NCBI GenBank assembly: GCA_012295275.1
Contig: CM022668.1
Span: 2,418,001-2,482,000, forward strand
Source of the DNA: Chrysomallon squamiferum
Taxonomy: Eukaryota > Animalia > Mollusca
DNA length: 64,000 nucleotides
Direction of reading: 5' to 3'
Position numbers and translations under genes: made by a program. Below the pieces are notes generated by a model. That model had not been told where the DNA came from, did no database searches, and worked only from the letters and a program-made list of their open reading frames with translations. Positions 1-13,445 of the stretch are shown piece by piece; the first letter of the stretch is position 1, and each line of letters opens with the position of its first letter.

Positions 1-565
1 AAATGAAATGATAAAATAAAATATATTTTGAAAAAATAAAAATTATAAGCCTTAGATGATATTTAATTAAAAAACAGTAGGCATATATAGATTAATTATT
101 TGTTTTAGAATTATCTTTAAAGATTACCCAACTAGCATCTTAATTATATTCGATGTAGATTAATTTAACAGGTTTTTTTTTTCTGCACCTATTAAACAAG
201 AACTATCACAAAACTGCATAAAACAGTTGTTTATACACTGATGTGAAACAGTAGCATAGATACTCTGATATACTTCATTGTTTAACTTTGTAGTGACTAT
301 ACCATTGATATGTACATATTACATACATAAAGGCAAGGTATATTAGTTTTACAAAGTGAAGCACAGACATGCAAAATCTAAGATTTACTGTGCTTATTTG
401 TAGGAAGTTATCAAAAAGAATAAAAAGCATAATAATAATGATGATGATGATGATGACTATGATAATGATAACAGCAATAATAATAACTAAATAAATAAAA
501 AGAAATAAATTATTAAAAAAGTTAATAGTTTACTTGTATCTAGTTCTAGTATAAATTATTCTTGC

Positions 566-616
<51 letters not shown>

Positions 617-1267
617 AATAATAAAAATAAAATATTTAATTCAAGGCAAGGATTAATTTTGTTATTATAAAATGTATGAAATCTGGATGAGATAATTAAA
701 AAGGAATAGATTTCTGATTTAAATGAAATCAGAGAATAACAACATCTACAGTGAAAAACATTTATCACAAGCTGTGAAATACCCGAAGCTGCTGCATAAA
801 GGTAAATAACGTAATATTTTAACTACGTCCTCTACAAAATTAATATTAATAAAACCATTGTGACATATCACATTTTATTATTTAAATTATTACTGTATCA
901 GCTTAACATTAATTACATCAAGAATTAATTAAATTGTGTAACAAAAATGTTTCATTTTAAGCCCAGCGTATAAAACAAACATCATAACCCTAGTTGCAAA
1001 CCCTAGTTGGCCCTATACATGATGTAATTTACATACATATTACTGTTTTTTTGAAAATGTTAGGTACATGTACTGCAATCAACAGATTTACTTCAAACAA
1101 AACAAGAGGTAATCAAACTTTCTTTTATCTATTAGACAACAAATAAAACTTTCCACACACACAGAAGATACCAAGGCAAACATAACTGCAAAAATATGAA
1201 ATTTACAAGCTTAAAATACTGTATTGCTTTGTTGTTTTGAAAACAGCTTATAAAATGCATCTTGTTT

Positions 1268-2488
1268 CTACTGCGATGAGCGACTTTCAACTTTAATGTT
1301 TTCAGTTAATTTAGTTTTTTCTGAAGTTTGCCTGTCAACTGCAAAGCCTGGAGTCTGAGACTCAGTCTGTACAGACATCCCCAGCTCCTGCACAGTGGGT
1401 TTGTTGTCTTCGACCTTCAGATGTCGTTTGACTACAAACTCATGAACCACTGGAGCTCTGTACGTCTGTTCTTCATCTGCACCACTCACATTGCCTTTGT
1501 TATCAGTTGTCTCCCCCTTAATAGCACTCATTACATCCCCTTTATTATCACTGACCTTATTTTCTTCACCAGCTGTCTTCTCCTGATTATCATTAACTAT
1601 ATCCCCTCTATTACCTCTCATTTCCTCTTTTTCCTCACTAGAGTTCTCCTCAGTATCATTAATTACCTCCCCTTTGTTATCACTAATCTCACTTTCTTTA
1701 CTGGTTGTCTTCTCCTGGTCTTCAGAAGTTATGTCCCTTTGAGAACTCTCATTGTTCTCCTTTTTAACAGTCACTGCCTCTAGGTTTACATCTCTGTGAC
1801 AAGCACTGTCAGAATGATCTGTGACGTGAGAATCACTGTCAGCTTTCTCACAGCTTTCTGAAATATCAGCATTTTCTGTTTTGACTGCACTGGAAGTCAC
1901 ATGACTTTCCCTTCCTTTCTGTGTGTCATCTTCATTCACCTGACTTGTAACACTTTCACAAGAATTACTGTCCAGAGAAGAAACCTGATTTGTTTTACTA
2001 GTACTGTTATCATCCCTGTCCACAGCACTGGATATGCGTGCTTTAACCTCACCACCAGCTTGTTTCTCACTCACAGATTCAGCTTCACACTCTACAGAAT
2101 CATTTTCTAAATTTCTTTCTAAAATGTCACTCTGGATGCGGCTTCGGTCAGTTTGAGAGGAATTTCTTACATCACTCCCACCCGACAAGCTACACGAGTT
2201 CAAACTCTGACCAGTGTTTGTTACATCAACACTCTCACCTGACCTTTCACTATCTACTACACTGTCTTCAACACTGGACATGTTGGGCACACTGCTGCTG
2301 CTGTTGTTGTTGCTGTTATAAAGATGATGTTCACTGTCAGGTGCCCAGTCCTGCTGTCCTACGTCTTCGCTGTACTCGATGGGTTCAGGTTCCTGAACCT
2401 CCTCCGTACTGTACCCACCCCACTCAGGTTGCCCCCCTTCTTCTGCACCCTGGTTCTCCTGACTCCTACAGTCTCCCCTCGGCCGATC
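1268..2488 (-). CDS. CASC3: CASC3 terminal exon, 406 aa acidic/Ser-rich low-complexity tail
   Basis: Acceptor tgtttatttcag|GAT at 2488, phase 0 from ...IVKPE|, open for 1221 nt to TAG at 1268; contains ORF 1268..2290. Confidence 0.85.
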   Translation of the reverse strand, partial: DRPRGDCRSQENQGAEEGGQPEWGGYSTEEVQEPEPIEYSEDVGQQDWAPDSEHHLYNSNNNSSSSVPNMSSVEDSVVDSERSGESVDVTNTGQSLNSCSLSGGSDVRNSSQTDRSRIQSDILERNLENDSVECEAESVSEKQAGGEVKARISSAVDRDDNSTSKTNQVSSLDSNSCESVTSQVNEDDTQKGRESHVTSSAVKTENADISESCEKADSDSHVTDHSDSACHRDVNLEAVTVKKENNESSQRDITSEDQEKTTSKESEISDNKGEVINDTEENSSEEKEEMRGNRGDIVNDNQEKTAGEENKVSDNKGDVMSAIKGETTDNKGNVSGADEEQTYRAPVVHEFVVKRHLKVEDNKPTVQELGMSVQTESQTPGFAVDRQTSEKTKLTENIKVESRSSQ

Positions 2489-2611
2489 CTGAAATAAACA
2501 AATAAAAAGTTTATCAAAACATTATTTTATTTAAATAAAAACCTATTATTCACAAATATTAAAATAGATCAAATATGGAAATTACAAGATTTTATTTAAA
2601 AAGTGCATACA

Positions 2612-2642
<31 letters not shown>

Positions 2643-5600
2643 AATAAATAAATTTGTTTCTAGATAAAAAAATGTTTTAAGGAAAAAAGTTATCAGCCCT
2701 AAGAAACAGTCTGACATTAACTTTTCCAGTGACAAGTCCTAAGACTAAATAAAATAATAAATCTATATATTTGTAAGTCTTTTGTAGACAGTGATAAAAG
2801 ATCTTGTTGGTCAGAACAGTATAAACAGCAGCATATCAAAGTTTCAGTATATAAAAACATTCAAATTCAGGGTAAAGTGACATCACTGAGTATCACAAAA
2901 CTTGAAATTGTTATTACCACCTTCCACCATCAAATTATTTTGTTTTCTTTTATCTAAAAGTGAGTAATATCTTTTCACTGTATCTTTACAAATATTTTAA
3001 CTACAAAGATAAAAAAGAGGTATACTTCAGAGTCAAAAATAAACACTAGATTTGTTCTTTATAACTGAATATAAATGACTTGTGTGAGTTAAAAACAAGT
3101 AACAAGAGAAAAAATAAAAGGTGTACATAAGAGATAACTATGTATGGTGTGTTTTTACCTCGGGTTTCACAATTGAATATAATTGACAGGTGTGAGTTAA
3201 CAAAAATAAGGTGTACATGAGAGATAACTATGTGTTGAGTGTTTTTACCTCGGGTTTCACAATTGAATATAACTGACAGGTATGAGTTAAAAGAAGGTGT
3301 ACACAAGAGATAATGGTGTGTTTTTAAATGTGTTTTTACCTCAGGTTTCACAATTGAATATAACTGACAGGTGTGAGTTAAAAGAAGGTGTACATGAGAG
3401 ATAACTATGTATTGTGTGTTTTTAAATGTGTTTTTACCTCGGGTTTCACAATTGAATATAACTGATAGGTGTGAGTTAAAAGAAGGTGTACATGAGAGAT
3501 AACTATGTATGGTGTGTTTTTAAATGCGTTTTTACTTCAGGTTTCACAACTGAATATAACTGACAGGTGTGAGTTAAAAGAAGGTGTACATTTGAGATAA
3601 CTATGTATTGTGTATTTTTACCTCGGGTTTCACAATGGGGATGGCAAGTTTAGGTCGTCTTGTTGGAGATCGGCGACGACTGGCTCGTTGTAGCTCTGGA
3701 GCGTAGTACGTAGTTCCTCCATGATACACCTCGGGACCTGCCCCGCCCGCTGGCCCAGCTGGTGGAGCACCCTGGGAAAGCAAAACAGTCAACAAAATAT
3801 ATATATATATATACATACAGAAGATTAAATTGGAATAACATAATCAGTAATGTAATTAACAAAACTGTTATAATGACCACATTAAAACTAACTGAATGTG
3901 AAATAATTACTAAATTAATAGCAAGTGAATCGTAATTAAATCAATAAACTAAATTAATAACAACAATAAGGATGAATCAGTATGAAATGACCTGCCCCCG
4001 CCCGCTGGCCCAGCTGGTGGAGCACCCTAAAAAATATATATATGAAGTAATGACTAAATCAGTAACTGAATCAGTATGAAATGATGACTTAATCAATAAG
4101 TGTGTCAGTATGAAATGATGACTATATCAATAAGTGTATCAGTATGAAATGATCACTAAATCAATAACAACTGAATCAGTATGAAATGATCACTAAATCA
4201 ATAACAACTGAATCAGTATGAAATGTAACTAAATCAGTGACTAAATCAATGAGACTTAATCAACAGAATGGCACTGAATGAAAGAAAGAACAAATGAATC
4301 AATGATGAACAAACATAAAAAAAAAAAAAAAAATACCTGAACTGCTGCTGTCTGTACAGGAGCAGGAGCGGGGGGTGGTGGTCCTGTGGGGGGAGTTGGG
4401 AAAGCCACCGGCATCTGGTAGGGGCCAGGTGGTGGAGGGGGTGAGCCGTACACCACGCCCGCTGTCAGGTACTGTGGTGGGATGAGTCTGGTAGGACCTG
4501 CGATGGACACAGTAGGGGCTGGGACACTGGGTGTGTAGATTCGCGGAGGAGATGACAACCCAGCTGTAGAAACTGAAAATAAACAAAAATAAAATATTTT
4601 ATATGTACTGAATACACTCTTAAATGATCTCTTAAATTATACATTATTTTTTATTTGAATTTGTTTGAAAAGAAAAAGTATGTTGAAAAATGAAATTATT
4701 ATTTTATATGTATTGAATATGCTTTGGAGTAATCTCTTAAATAAAATATATAGAACAGATGCTGATAGTACTGTATATTCATTACTGCTAATTTATTTTT
4801 GATTTGAAATAGGTTCAATTTTGAATTTTTTAAATACTTGAAAGTGATTACTTAAGTGCACATACAGAACAAATGCTAAAGTACTGTCAATTCAGTTATT
4901 GCTAACTCAATATGGATTTGAATTTGGTCTAAAATATATTGTCAACAGGCATATGACTTAATATTTTTTTCTTAATTTATATGTATTCGAACAATAAACA
5001 ACTGTTGATTTATTGTTTGTAATCATGAATAAAATGCATAATAAATAATTAACTGGTGAGGCACAGTATGAATGTTTAGATAAGCAGTTTGGTAAATCAT
5101 TTAAGTCTATGAAAAAAAAAAAAGAAAAGTAAAACAGGTTAATTGTGAAATATTTCATAACAGATATTTTGTGTACAATGACAGAGCGTAAACACTATAA
5201 AATACAAGTTTATTTTAATCTTTTTTCAGTTCAGTATTTGAAGGTTTAATAATTTTAACTCTTTGTATTTTCAAACACTGGTGTGTGTGTAGATATAAGA
5301 AAGCAAACCTGGCAGAGTGAAAGTCATTGGAGGCTGAAGTATAGCAGTCTGAAAGGCCCCCTCCTGCGCAGACACTGGAACTCGCTCAGCGTGGTAAACA
5401 GGGGGTGCAGGGGCGACTCGCTCTGCTGGCCGCTGGTACACAGGTGCAGGAGAAGGGGGGACTCTCTCAGGAGGGTGCTGATAAACAGGGACCCTGTCTG
5501 TGTGCTGGAACACAGGGGCAGGCACTCGCTCTGGGTGGTAGCCAGGGGAAGGGTAAGCTAGGGAAAGCAAGGAGTTGTGATATTAATAAAATATAAAACA

Positions 5601-8600
5601 ACAAACATATCTGTGAGTATATATCACACAACAGATGTCAACAGAGAAATTATAAAGTAGATAAACTTTATTTAACTTCTAAAAACCAAAAGCAAAAAAT
5701 TATAACTTTTTTTAATGCCTCTTCTTTTCCAAATCTGTCGTCTATTCTTTTCCTGCCTGACTTTCAGCATTATGTAAATATGTGTCAAACTTCTCACAAT
5801 TTGTTTTTCAATAAGTTTCTTTGTAAAATCATTTACAAGTCATTTTGTCCAGGTAACAAAATTTGATTTTAACAGATTTAGAAGTGAATGAACAGTGACA
5901 ATAAGTTAAACATTATATAAAATCAGAAAATTAAAACTATTCTCTATTTTCATCAGGGTTCGGCAATATTTAAAAAATTTTAAATATCATTTAACAAATT
6001 TCATTATTATTAAAGAAATCTATTTTATAATATGTTACCTTGGTTGTAGTAGTTGCTGCCAGTGTCAGCAGAGATGTTGTCAGTGTAGTTGGAGTCTTGA
6101 GCTGTGCGTTGTCTTTGTGAGGAGTAACGTTTTGGTCTCATCTGTTGATTACTGTCAGTTTTCGTTGCCACGGAAACTGCGTGACTTGCTTTACGATCTA
6201 CAACAATGTCTGGAGAACCTGAAGAAGAATGAATAACTAACTGTGAAACAAAACACCAATCTAGTATTTTTTAGAAATGATATACTCAAATTTTACAACA
6301 AACTGGAATCAAAATATCTAATCTTTCAGTTAACTTTTCTAACGTACACAGTAAATATTCATAAACATTTAGCATTTTAATGCATTAAATCAAGTCTAAA
6401 AGTTAATAAAGTTTTATTATTTGTCACTAATGGTTGGTTTAAATGAATCAGAAGACACTGGTAATTTAAGAATAACAGAAATATTAAAAAACAAACAAAC
6501 AAATAAATAAATAAATAAATAAAATTTAAAATAATAAGCAAGTAACTGAAAAGATCACCTACCTGGTGTTTTATCTTCTGCTTTGGTCTGTTCATTTCCC
6601 ACCTTCACCATGGCAACTTCAGCATCCTGACCCCGTGCCACGCCCATGTATTTTCCATGTCTTTCCTTCGCATACGACTTCTTTTCTGTCGTCGTGTTGG
6701 TGATGGTGACACTGATTGTTCTGTCTTTGTTGGAGATGACAACGTCCTGACACTCAGACGTCTCCCGAATCTCTGCATCGTCCACGGGAACGCTCACCTC
6801 ACTGCTGACATTCGGGTAGCCGGAGTTGAAGAACTCTCGCTGGGTGGAGTAGCTCTGTGAGGCAGTGTTTTGTGTTCTGCTGTACCGCGGAGCTATTTCA
6901 GCCCTGCTGCTGCCTCTACCTCTTCTCATGTTTCTTCCTCTGCCTCTGAAGTTGTCTACATTCCTCCTTTCATTATACTCACTGCTTCTGTAGTTGTCAA
7001 CATTTCTCCTTTCATTGTACTCACTGCTTCTGTAGTTGTCAACATTTCTCCTTTCATTGTACTCATTGCCTCTGTAACTGTCTACATTCCTCCTTTCACT
7101 TCCTCTGTAATTGTCTACATTCCTCCTTTCACTTCCTCTGTAATTGTCTACAGTCTTCTTCTCACTATACTCACTGCCTCTGTAACTGTCTACATTCTTC
7201 TTATCACTAGTCTCACTTTCTGGAACATTCCTAGATTCTTTCTGCCCTTCGTAGTGACTCCTAGGTGGCGCTTTCCAACTCGATTCATTTCGGTGATCCT
7301 GTGTGTCTGTCTGATTTTTTAAATTAGGGGTTTTGCTGCTCTGGGTCTGACCCTCGTTCTGTTCAGACTCAGTCTCATTGTATCCTTGATTCCTGATGTC
7401 CTGTGACCTGGGGTCATTCTGGGTCACCCTGACTGCTTTGTCCAGCAAGTTTCTCTGTTGCTGAAAGCGGTCAAACTGACTCTTGACATCAAACTTCTTG
7501 TTGTCAGTGGTTTTCTCGCTGTCGTAGCCATCAATGTCCTCACCGATGCTGCACTGCAGTCTGTAGTCTGGTGTCTTGTTATATGCTGGTCTGTTGTCAA
7601 GCTCAGTAATCTCTGCTGCTGTTGTCATTTTGTTGCTGTTGCTGTTGCTGTTGTAGTTTCTTGGTTTTCTCTCAACAAAATCTCCAAATTCAGACTTTCT
7701 GTAAGGTTGCCTGCCACTGTTAGAGAAAACAATTAATTATTTTATTTATTAAAAAATAAATTTTTAAAATCTCACGTCACCAGTGAGAACATTTTTGTTT
7801 AATCTTGTAACCATCTGGAAGATAATTTTTCAAGTGCTTAAACATCTTTACATCATCAAGCTATTATTTTGAACAAATTCTTGTGGAATATATACTCAAT
7901 TTTCAGTCTGTGATTGTGAAGTGCAAGGGTTCAGTAAATAATTTTCAAATACCTGACTTTAGCAGCCCCTGAAATTAGTGGCCAGCTACAGTTATGGACA
8001 CTTTAACTAAGGGTGCCATGTTAATATTTTTGGGAGGTCAATTTGGAGCTCTGTATCTGTTTCAGACACAATATTTTGTGAAACGTAAATATACCTTATG
8101 TTTTTCACGAGTTTTTATGAAGTGCAAAGTATGTTTTATTTACATCCATCAACAAATTCAATATATCTGTACCTGTGTTTTAGGAGAAAGTTGTGATGCT
8201 TGCTATGTATCTGAAAATTCATTCTGTTTTTATTTTCATAGTCCATAGAAATATAATTATATATATACTATAAGATAAAAAAAAAAGTTTTGTATATTAT
8301 AACTGTAAAGGGTTTAGAACATTTTTGCCAGATATTTAAATACTGGCATTAGATAATCAGTATTTATTTTGGTAACTAATTTAAACAGAATGTACTGTTT
8401 TACATGTACCAATGCAGATGTTATTTTTTTATTTCCAGTTCATCATTCAAAAGTTCAACAATTCATAAACTGATTTTCAACTGTTCAAACAGCAGCTTAT
8501 AAACAACCTATCCTAGGATTCATTCACAGTATACAAACTAAGTGTTCAGTTCTTACCGTCTCCCACGGCCTCTGAGGGGCGGGGCTCTGTCAGGAGGCTT

Positions 8601-11600
8601 GTCATAGGCTCGGATGTCGTAGCCATAGAGAGCAATGAGCTCCTCTCTGGACTTAGGAGCCTGCTCGTCCTGCTGGAACCGGTCGTGAATCCACTTGTCA
8701 TTCTCCTTCCACAGCTTCTTCTTCGTTCTGACACAAAAACACACAGATTTAAACAAGCAAGAAATTCCATTAGCAACATTGAATTAAAAATTAACAGCCA
8801 CACAGAATATTCTGAAAATGTATTTTACACAAAATGTTACTGCTAAATAAAGCTTAAGATGAACATAAAAAAATTATTTAAAAAATAAAAAAAAAAAAAA
8901 ATATATATATATTTTTTTTCTACAAATTAATAATTTAACCCCAAAATTGGCATATGGGAGTAAACTGTTAGCAACATTTAATCAGTTAACTTTAAAAAAA
9001 AACATTTTCAAATAATCATATACCCCATTTGCAGTCATCTAGCATGTTTGTGTCTGAAAGTCAAAAAGTAAACTTGAAATAATTTCAAACACAAGACTGC
9101 TTCCTACCTCTGTTCCTCCATCTCTTTTTCCTGAGCCCCCATCCGAGTGTCGTGTTCGTAAAACGCTCCTCTGCGCGGAATGAACGCAGGATTCTTCCTG
9201 TCCTCGTCATCATCCAGCTCCTTCTTCTGATCCGTCTGCTCCTGCAAATTAAATATGTTTTCAAAAATCACAAATTTAAAATAGCTGTTCACTAATTACA
9301 CACACACAATGTATAAACTTAACAAATACACAGACATACAGTTTACAAATTACACACACACACACCCACACACATATATATGTATGTATAAACTTAAATA
9401 CACACACATACAGTTTACAAATTAAATACATCTACATACAATATGATTTTTAACAAATAAATCCATTGTTTTGTATAAAACTATTCTTCACAAATATATC
9501 CACAGATACACGCATGTATACACACACACACAAGCTAAACAAAGTAAATACATCCCAAAAACCAGTTTAGAAATAAAAACATATAAAAATAAAAAACATT
9601 ATATCGAGAGACATATGATATAGATCCAAAGCCAAATTTTACAAATTAAACACACAAATGAAACCTCCGTTTGTAGATTGAACCTATCCTGACCAAAACC
9701 ACTTTTTTGCTGTTATTAGAGCGGAACGGGAAATTAGGAACTCACCTCACCATCCCCACTCTGTCGTTCTTCCTCAACCCAGCTGCCATCATCCTCAATG
9801 ATCACATCAACATCCTCATACTCCTCCTCTTCTTCTTCTTCTTCTTCATCGTCTTCATCTTCATCATCATCATCAGTTTCTTCTTCACTGTCCTCTTCAC
9901 TCTCTTCCTCCTCAGCATCATCATCATCTTCTCCATTTTCTGTTTTTTCCTTTTAACATTTATTAATAATTTATTAATAGAACAAACCTGGGAACATAGA
10001 CACTGCTGTCTGACAGATTATTTTGCTGAATTATTTATTTATTTACAAATTGAAGCAGATTAAACATTTTAGAATAAATTATACTATTTCATAAGAATAA
10101 AATAGGTATGAAATACTATAAATAAGGTTTAGTATTTCAGAAGAAAATTAATTTTACCTTAGATTTTGTCTCTTTAACTTCACTTTTCTCTTTTGCTGCT
10201 CCTTCTAAACAAAAACAGAATTTTTTTGTTGTTATTAACTTGACAAATTCACTAGTTGTATATTACAAAAATAAACACACAAATATTATTATTAATATAT
10301 GCATTTGCTTCCTGTTCATACAATTAAATTGCAAGTTTACCAGAATCTTTAAAATCTTAAGTTAAATTGTGGTTACAAACTCATTTAAGAAAATTATTAT
10401 AATCAAAATTATCAATGAATAGTATTTTTTCATTAAAAAAAAAACGCTTCACAAATAAAACTAACCAGTTTCAGCTGCTTCATCTTCACTTTCCTGCAAA
10501 TAACAAACAGAATTCATATTTATCAACACATATGAATATAAATTACCATTAGAAATACTAACAAAAAGACTTAGATGAAAAACAAAATTGTTCAAAATGT
10601 ATCTGAAAAAACACAAACAATCTAAATTAATACATTTTAATTTCTTCCTTGAATTAGTTTCTTAAAGGACTATAACCTTTAATAATAAAATCTGAAAGTA
10701 ACGCAATTAAACACTGATATCATTTCAGTAATTTTGTGAAGAAAAAACTCAGTATAGTGTTGACAATTAGTTTGAGTGCATAAGCCATAATTAAATCAAT
10801 TTACTTAGTTTGAAAAAAGTATATAAAGTAACAAATACTCCTACACTGTTATTTTCACTCTATTGTAAAATGTGAACTGTTAAAAAAATAAAAATAATAA
10901 TAAAGAAATAATAATAATAATAAATTTGGAAAAATTATTATTTTTCTTTCTTTCAAGAAACAGAAAATATTGCAGTCAACACTTTTTTTTGGGGGGGGTT
11001 ATAAAAAATAATAATTTTAAGTATATTTATTATATAAATCAGCTATGTTATTCATATTCAACCGTTTTACATATAGGTACATTCAGCTTTGTAATATATA
11101 TATTTTTAAAAACATGTATTTCTAAAAACAAACAGCCTCTATGCTTCATTCCTATAAATTCCCTTTTGCTGTAATACACTTGTATAGACCTTAAAATTAA
11201 CTATATTCTATTAAGAACACACTTAAAACTTAATAAATACATTCATAATACATTTTTACCTCATTTTGATGGAATTAGTCATGTTTCTAAAGTTGAATTT
11301 CTTATATTCTATGATTTACAGAATTGTTTAAACTGCATCTGCATCTAAATTCACACTAAATACCCATTTTAAAATACAATGTATTTAAACTGTAAATTCC
11401 ACTAGAAAAGAACTGTTGATTTTAAAAATATTTGTTCCATTTCTGTTTACAGCCTTTAATTTTTCATCATAGTATTAAAATTTATTTTCAAAACATCAAA
11501 TCAAGTATGCTTAGTGATTTTACATTAATTTCCTTACTTACAGTGTTGCCACTTCTAACACAGCAACAAACCATCAAAATGCTGAATATTATATTCCATT

Positions 11601-12295
11601 TAATGATTCATTTCAATTATTACACTATAGAAATTTTCATACATTAGTTTCTTTAGTTCTTTCAAAAATCATTTTATTTATTAAGCCAACTAAACGTAAA
11701 TTAATAGCAATTAGCAGACATCATTTCACGTTAAGTGATTTAATTGAAACTGTTGCCAAAATTCATATGGTTATTTTTATGAAAACCTTATTAACAGGAA
11801 CACACACACACACATTATTTAATCGATAACTCAAAGTTACATAAAATAAATTTAAACAGTAACTCAAGCGATTACCGATAATATCATAAATCATCATTAG
11901 ATCATGATTGATTATCATTTTTTATTTAACGATTGTTACACTGTTACAAATTCCTGTAACGATAAAATAATCGGTATAGATGGGGATTATATATTTTATT
12001 TTCCACTAGTATAAGACATTTAATTTTATCGATGAAAATATCAGAAACTGTGTGTGCTTTACGTTTGCCTCATGCTCAATTCTCTTAAAATCGGTATTTT
12101 CTTATTTACAAAAACATGTTCTTCGTTTCAAATTACAGTAAATAACAGAAATAATTTTGTAATTTATCAGACTTTAAAACTAACACATTCTGAACGTCGT
12201 CCCTGTTGAGGTTTTGCTTCGGAATCAACTACTTGTCCGCTATCCTCTTCATCAGCTTCATCTTCTCTTCGCCGTCGTCTTCGTCGGTCAGCCAT
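1268..12295 (-). CDS. CASC3: CASC3/Barentsz/MLN51, exon junction complex component; 12 coding exons: 12185-12295, 10466-10493, 10158-10204, 9746-9949, 9108-9241, 8557-8727, 6563-7716, 6039-6218, 5309-5557, 4337-4572, 3622-3771, 1268-2488 (3885 nt, about 1294 aa)
   Basis: N-terminus MADRRRRRR...SEC|ESED; ERQSGDGE; Btz/SELOR domain LDDDEDRKNPAFIPRRGAFYEHD...LWKENDKWIHDRFQQDEQAPKSREELIALYGYDIR; RPKRYSSQRQR; Pro-rich region and GGTTYY motif. All introns GT..AG with consistent phases. The acceptor at 9949 has a weak pyrimidine tract and is the least certain boundary. Confidence 0.93.
3060..3640. repeat. About 90-98 bp tandem repeat, 5 extra copies of the CASC3 exon 11 end plus its donor
   Basis: ttttacctcgggtttcacaattgaatataactgacagg recurs at about 3152, 3242, 3333, 3431, 3529; the real junction is at 3616-3635. 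Confidence 0.95.
3991..4028 (-). repeat. Intronic duplicate of the first about 36 nt of CASC3 exon 11
   Basis: cctgcccccgcccgctggcccagctggtggagcaccct matches 3737-3773 apart from one extra C. Confidence 0.9.
4045..4255. repeat. About 33-37 bp minisatellite (tgaatcagtatgaaatgatcactaaatcaataac)
   Basis: About 5-6 imperfect tandem copies. Confidence 0.85.
6945..7205 (-). repeat. Coding tandem repeat in CASC3 exon 7, 7 x (RR/KK)xVD(N/S)(Y/F)R, 33/42-nt units
   Basis: KKNVDSYRGSEYSE KKTVDNYRGSE RRNVDNYRGSE RRNVDSYRGNEYNE RRNVDNYRSSEYNE x2 RRNVDNFR in ORF 6555..7628. Confidence 0.95.
8557..9241 (-). CDS. CASC3: CASC3 Btz (SELOR) domain exons 9108-9241 and 8557-8727
   Basis: Conserved NPAFIPRRGAFYEHD and WIHDRF..EQAPKSREELIALYGYDIR blocks joined across a phase-2 intron. 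Confidence 0.95.
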
Positions 12296-13445
12296 TTTTG
12301 TCTTCCTGTACTGATCTTTTTATTTCTGATACGCCGTTACAAGTTCTTTAGCCTGGTTCTCGTCAAGCACGTGAACGCTCGAAGTCTCGTTATAGAATTT
12401 TTTAACCTTCACCTTCACAAAGTTTCAAAAAAAAGTCACGGCATTTATGTATTATTGTTGTTATTATTATTATTATTATTATTATAAAATATGTGTTTAT
12501 ATATGCCATTTATTTTTTTTTTTTTATTATTTAAAAAAAAAAAAAAAAAAATTCAAGATTCTTGGCAAGGAAAGAAAGAGACTTATCTGCAGAGAACAGA
12601 TAATTTATTTACTTTTTAACCGGGAGGGGGGGGGTCCATTCATCTGGGAAATCTACATGTGTGTGTGTGTGTGACATTTTCATTTCATTCCCGTGTGTGT
12701 CCAATGCATTTTCATTTTTATTCAAGTCAGAAATCTAGAATGTTTTTAAGTTTTATTTTTTTTTTTATCTAGAATGTTTATTTGTTGCAAACAGTTAGAA
12801 AGTGAACCTATATTGGGGTGTATGAAAGTGCTCCGAAAGTTCTGGCGCAAATATCTCTGTCATTTAACAACAAAAGCAAAAACAGCCACGATGCTCGGAC
12901 TAAACACTTACAGTTTTATTTTTTATTGTTATTAATGTGGTTAAAAAAAAAAATGTAATATAAAAAATGGATTTATTATATTTTATTTTTCTTCTACCCC
13001 CCCACAAAAGATAATTTATATAAAATTACAACAGTTAATTAAGAAACAGCAACAAAAGAATTATGAAAAACGTAAGAAAATTGTGTCGTGGGTGAATTAA
13101 ATTTTGTGATAATGAGTCCATTATGTGGAAACGTGTGTGTATATATATTTGTGTGTGTACTTTTGTGTGCGTGTAGTTCTATCTATAAGCTATTAACATA
13201 AAACAAATTCTTAAACAGTTTAAATAATAAATAAATAAATAAATAAAGTGGTTCGCACGTTCGTTACTATCAACCAATGAATACGACTGAAATACTCTGA
13301 TCTACGCTCTTGTTTTAATTATTATTTTCTTTAGTCTTGGAATTTTTTTTGTTTTTCATTTTTCACGACATAAACGAAAAAAAGATTTTCTTTTTGTTAT
13401 ATATTTATAATTTACAGTTTAAAAAATATACAAATTTGAATTACT

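Noticed and set aside
9950-9987. Stronger-looking acceptor ttcccag| at 9987 for CASC3 exon 4
   Set aside because: In phase 0 it puts the acidic tract and ERQSGDGE out of frame; the 9949 acceptor was preferred, but this boundary remains uncertain.
1328-10063. Plus-strand hydrophobic ORFs (1328..1783, 6870..7322, 9707..10063 and others)
   Set aside because: Antisense shadows of charged, repetitive CASC3 exons; the same applies to 35167..35502 and 35578..35793 opposite ST13.
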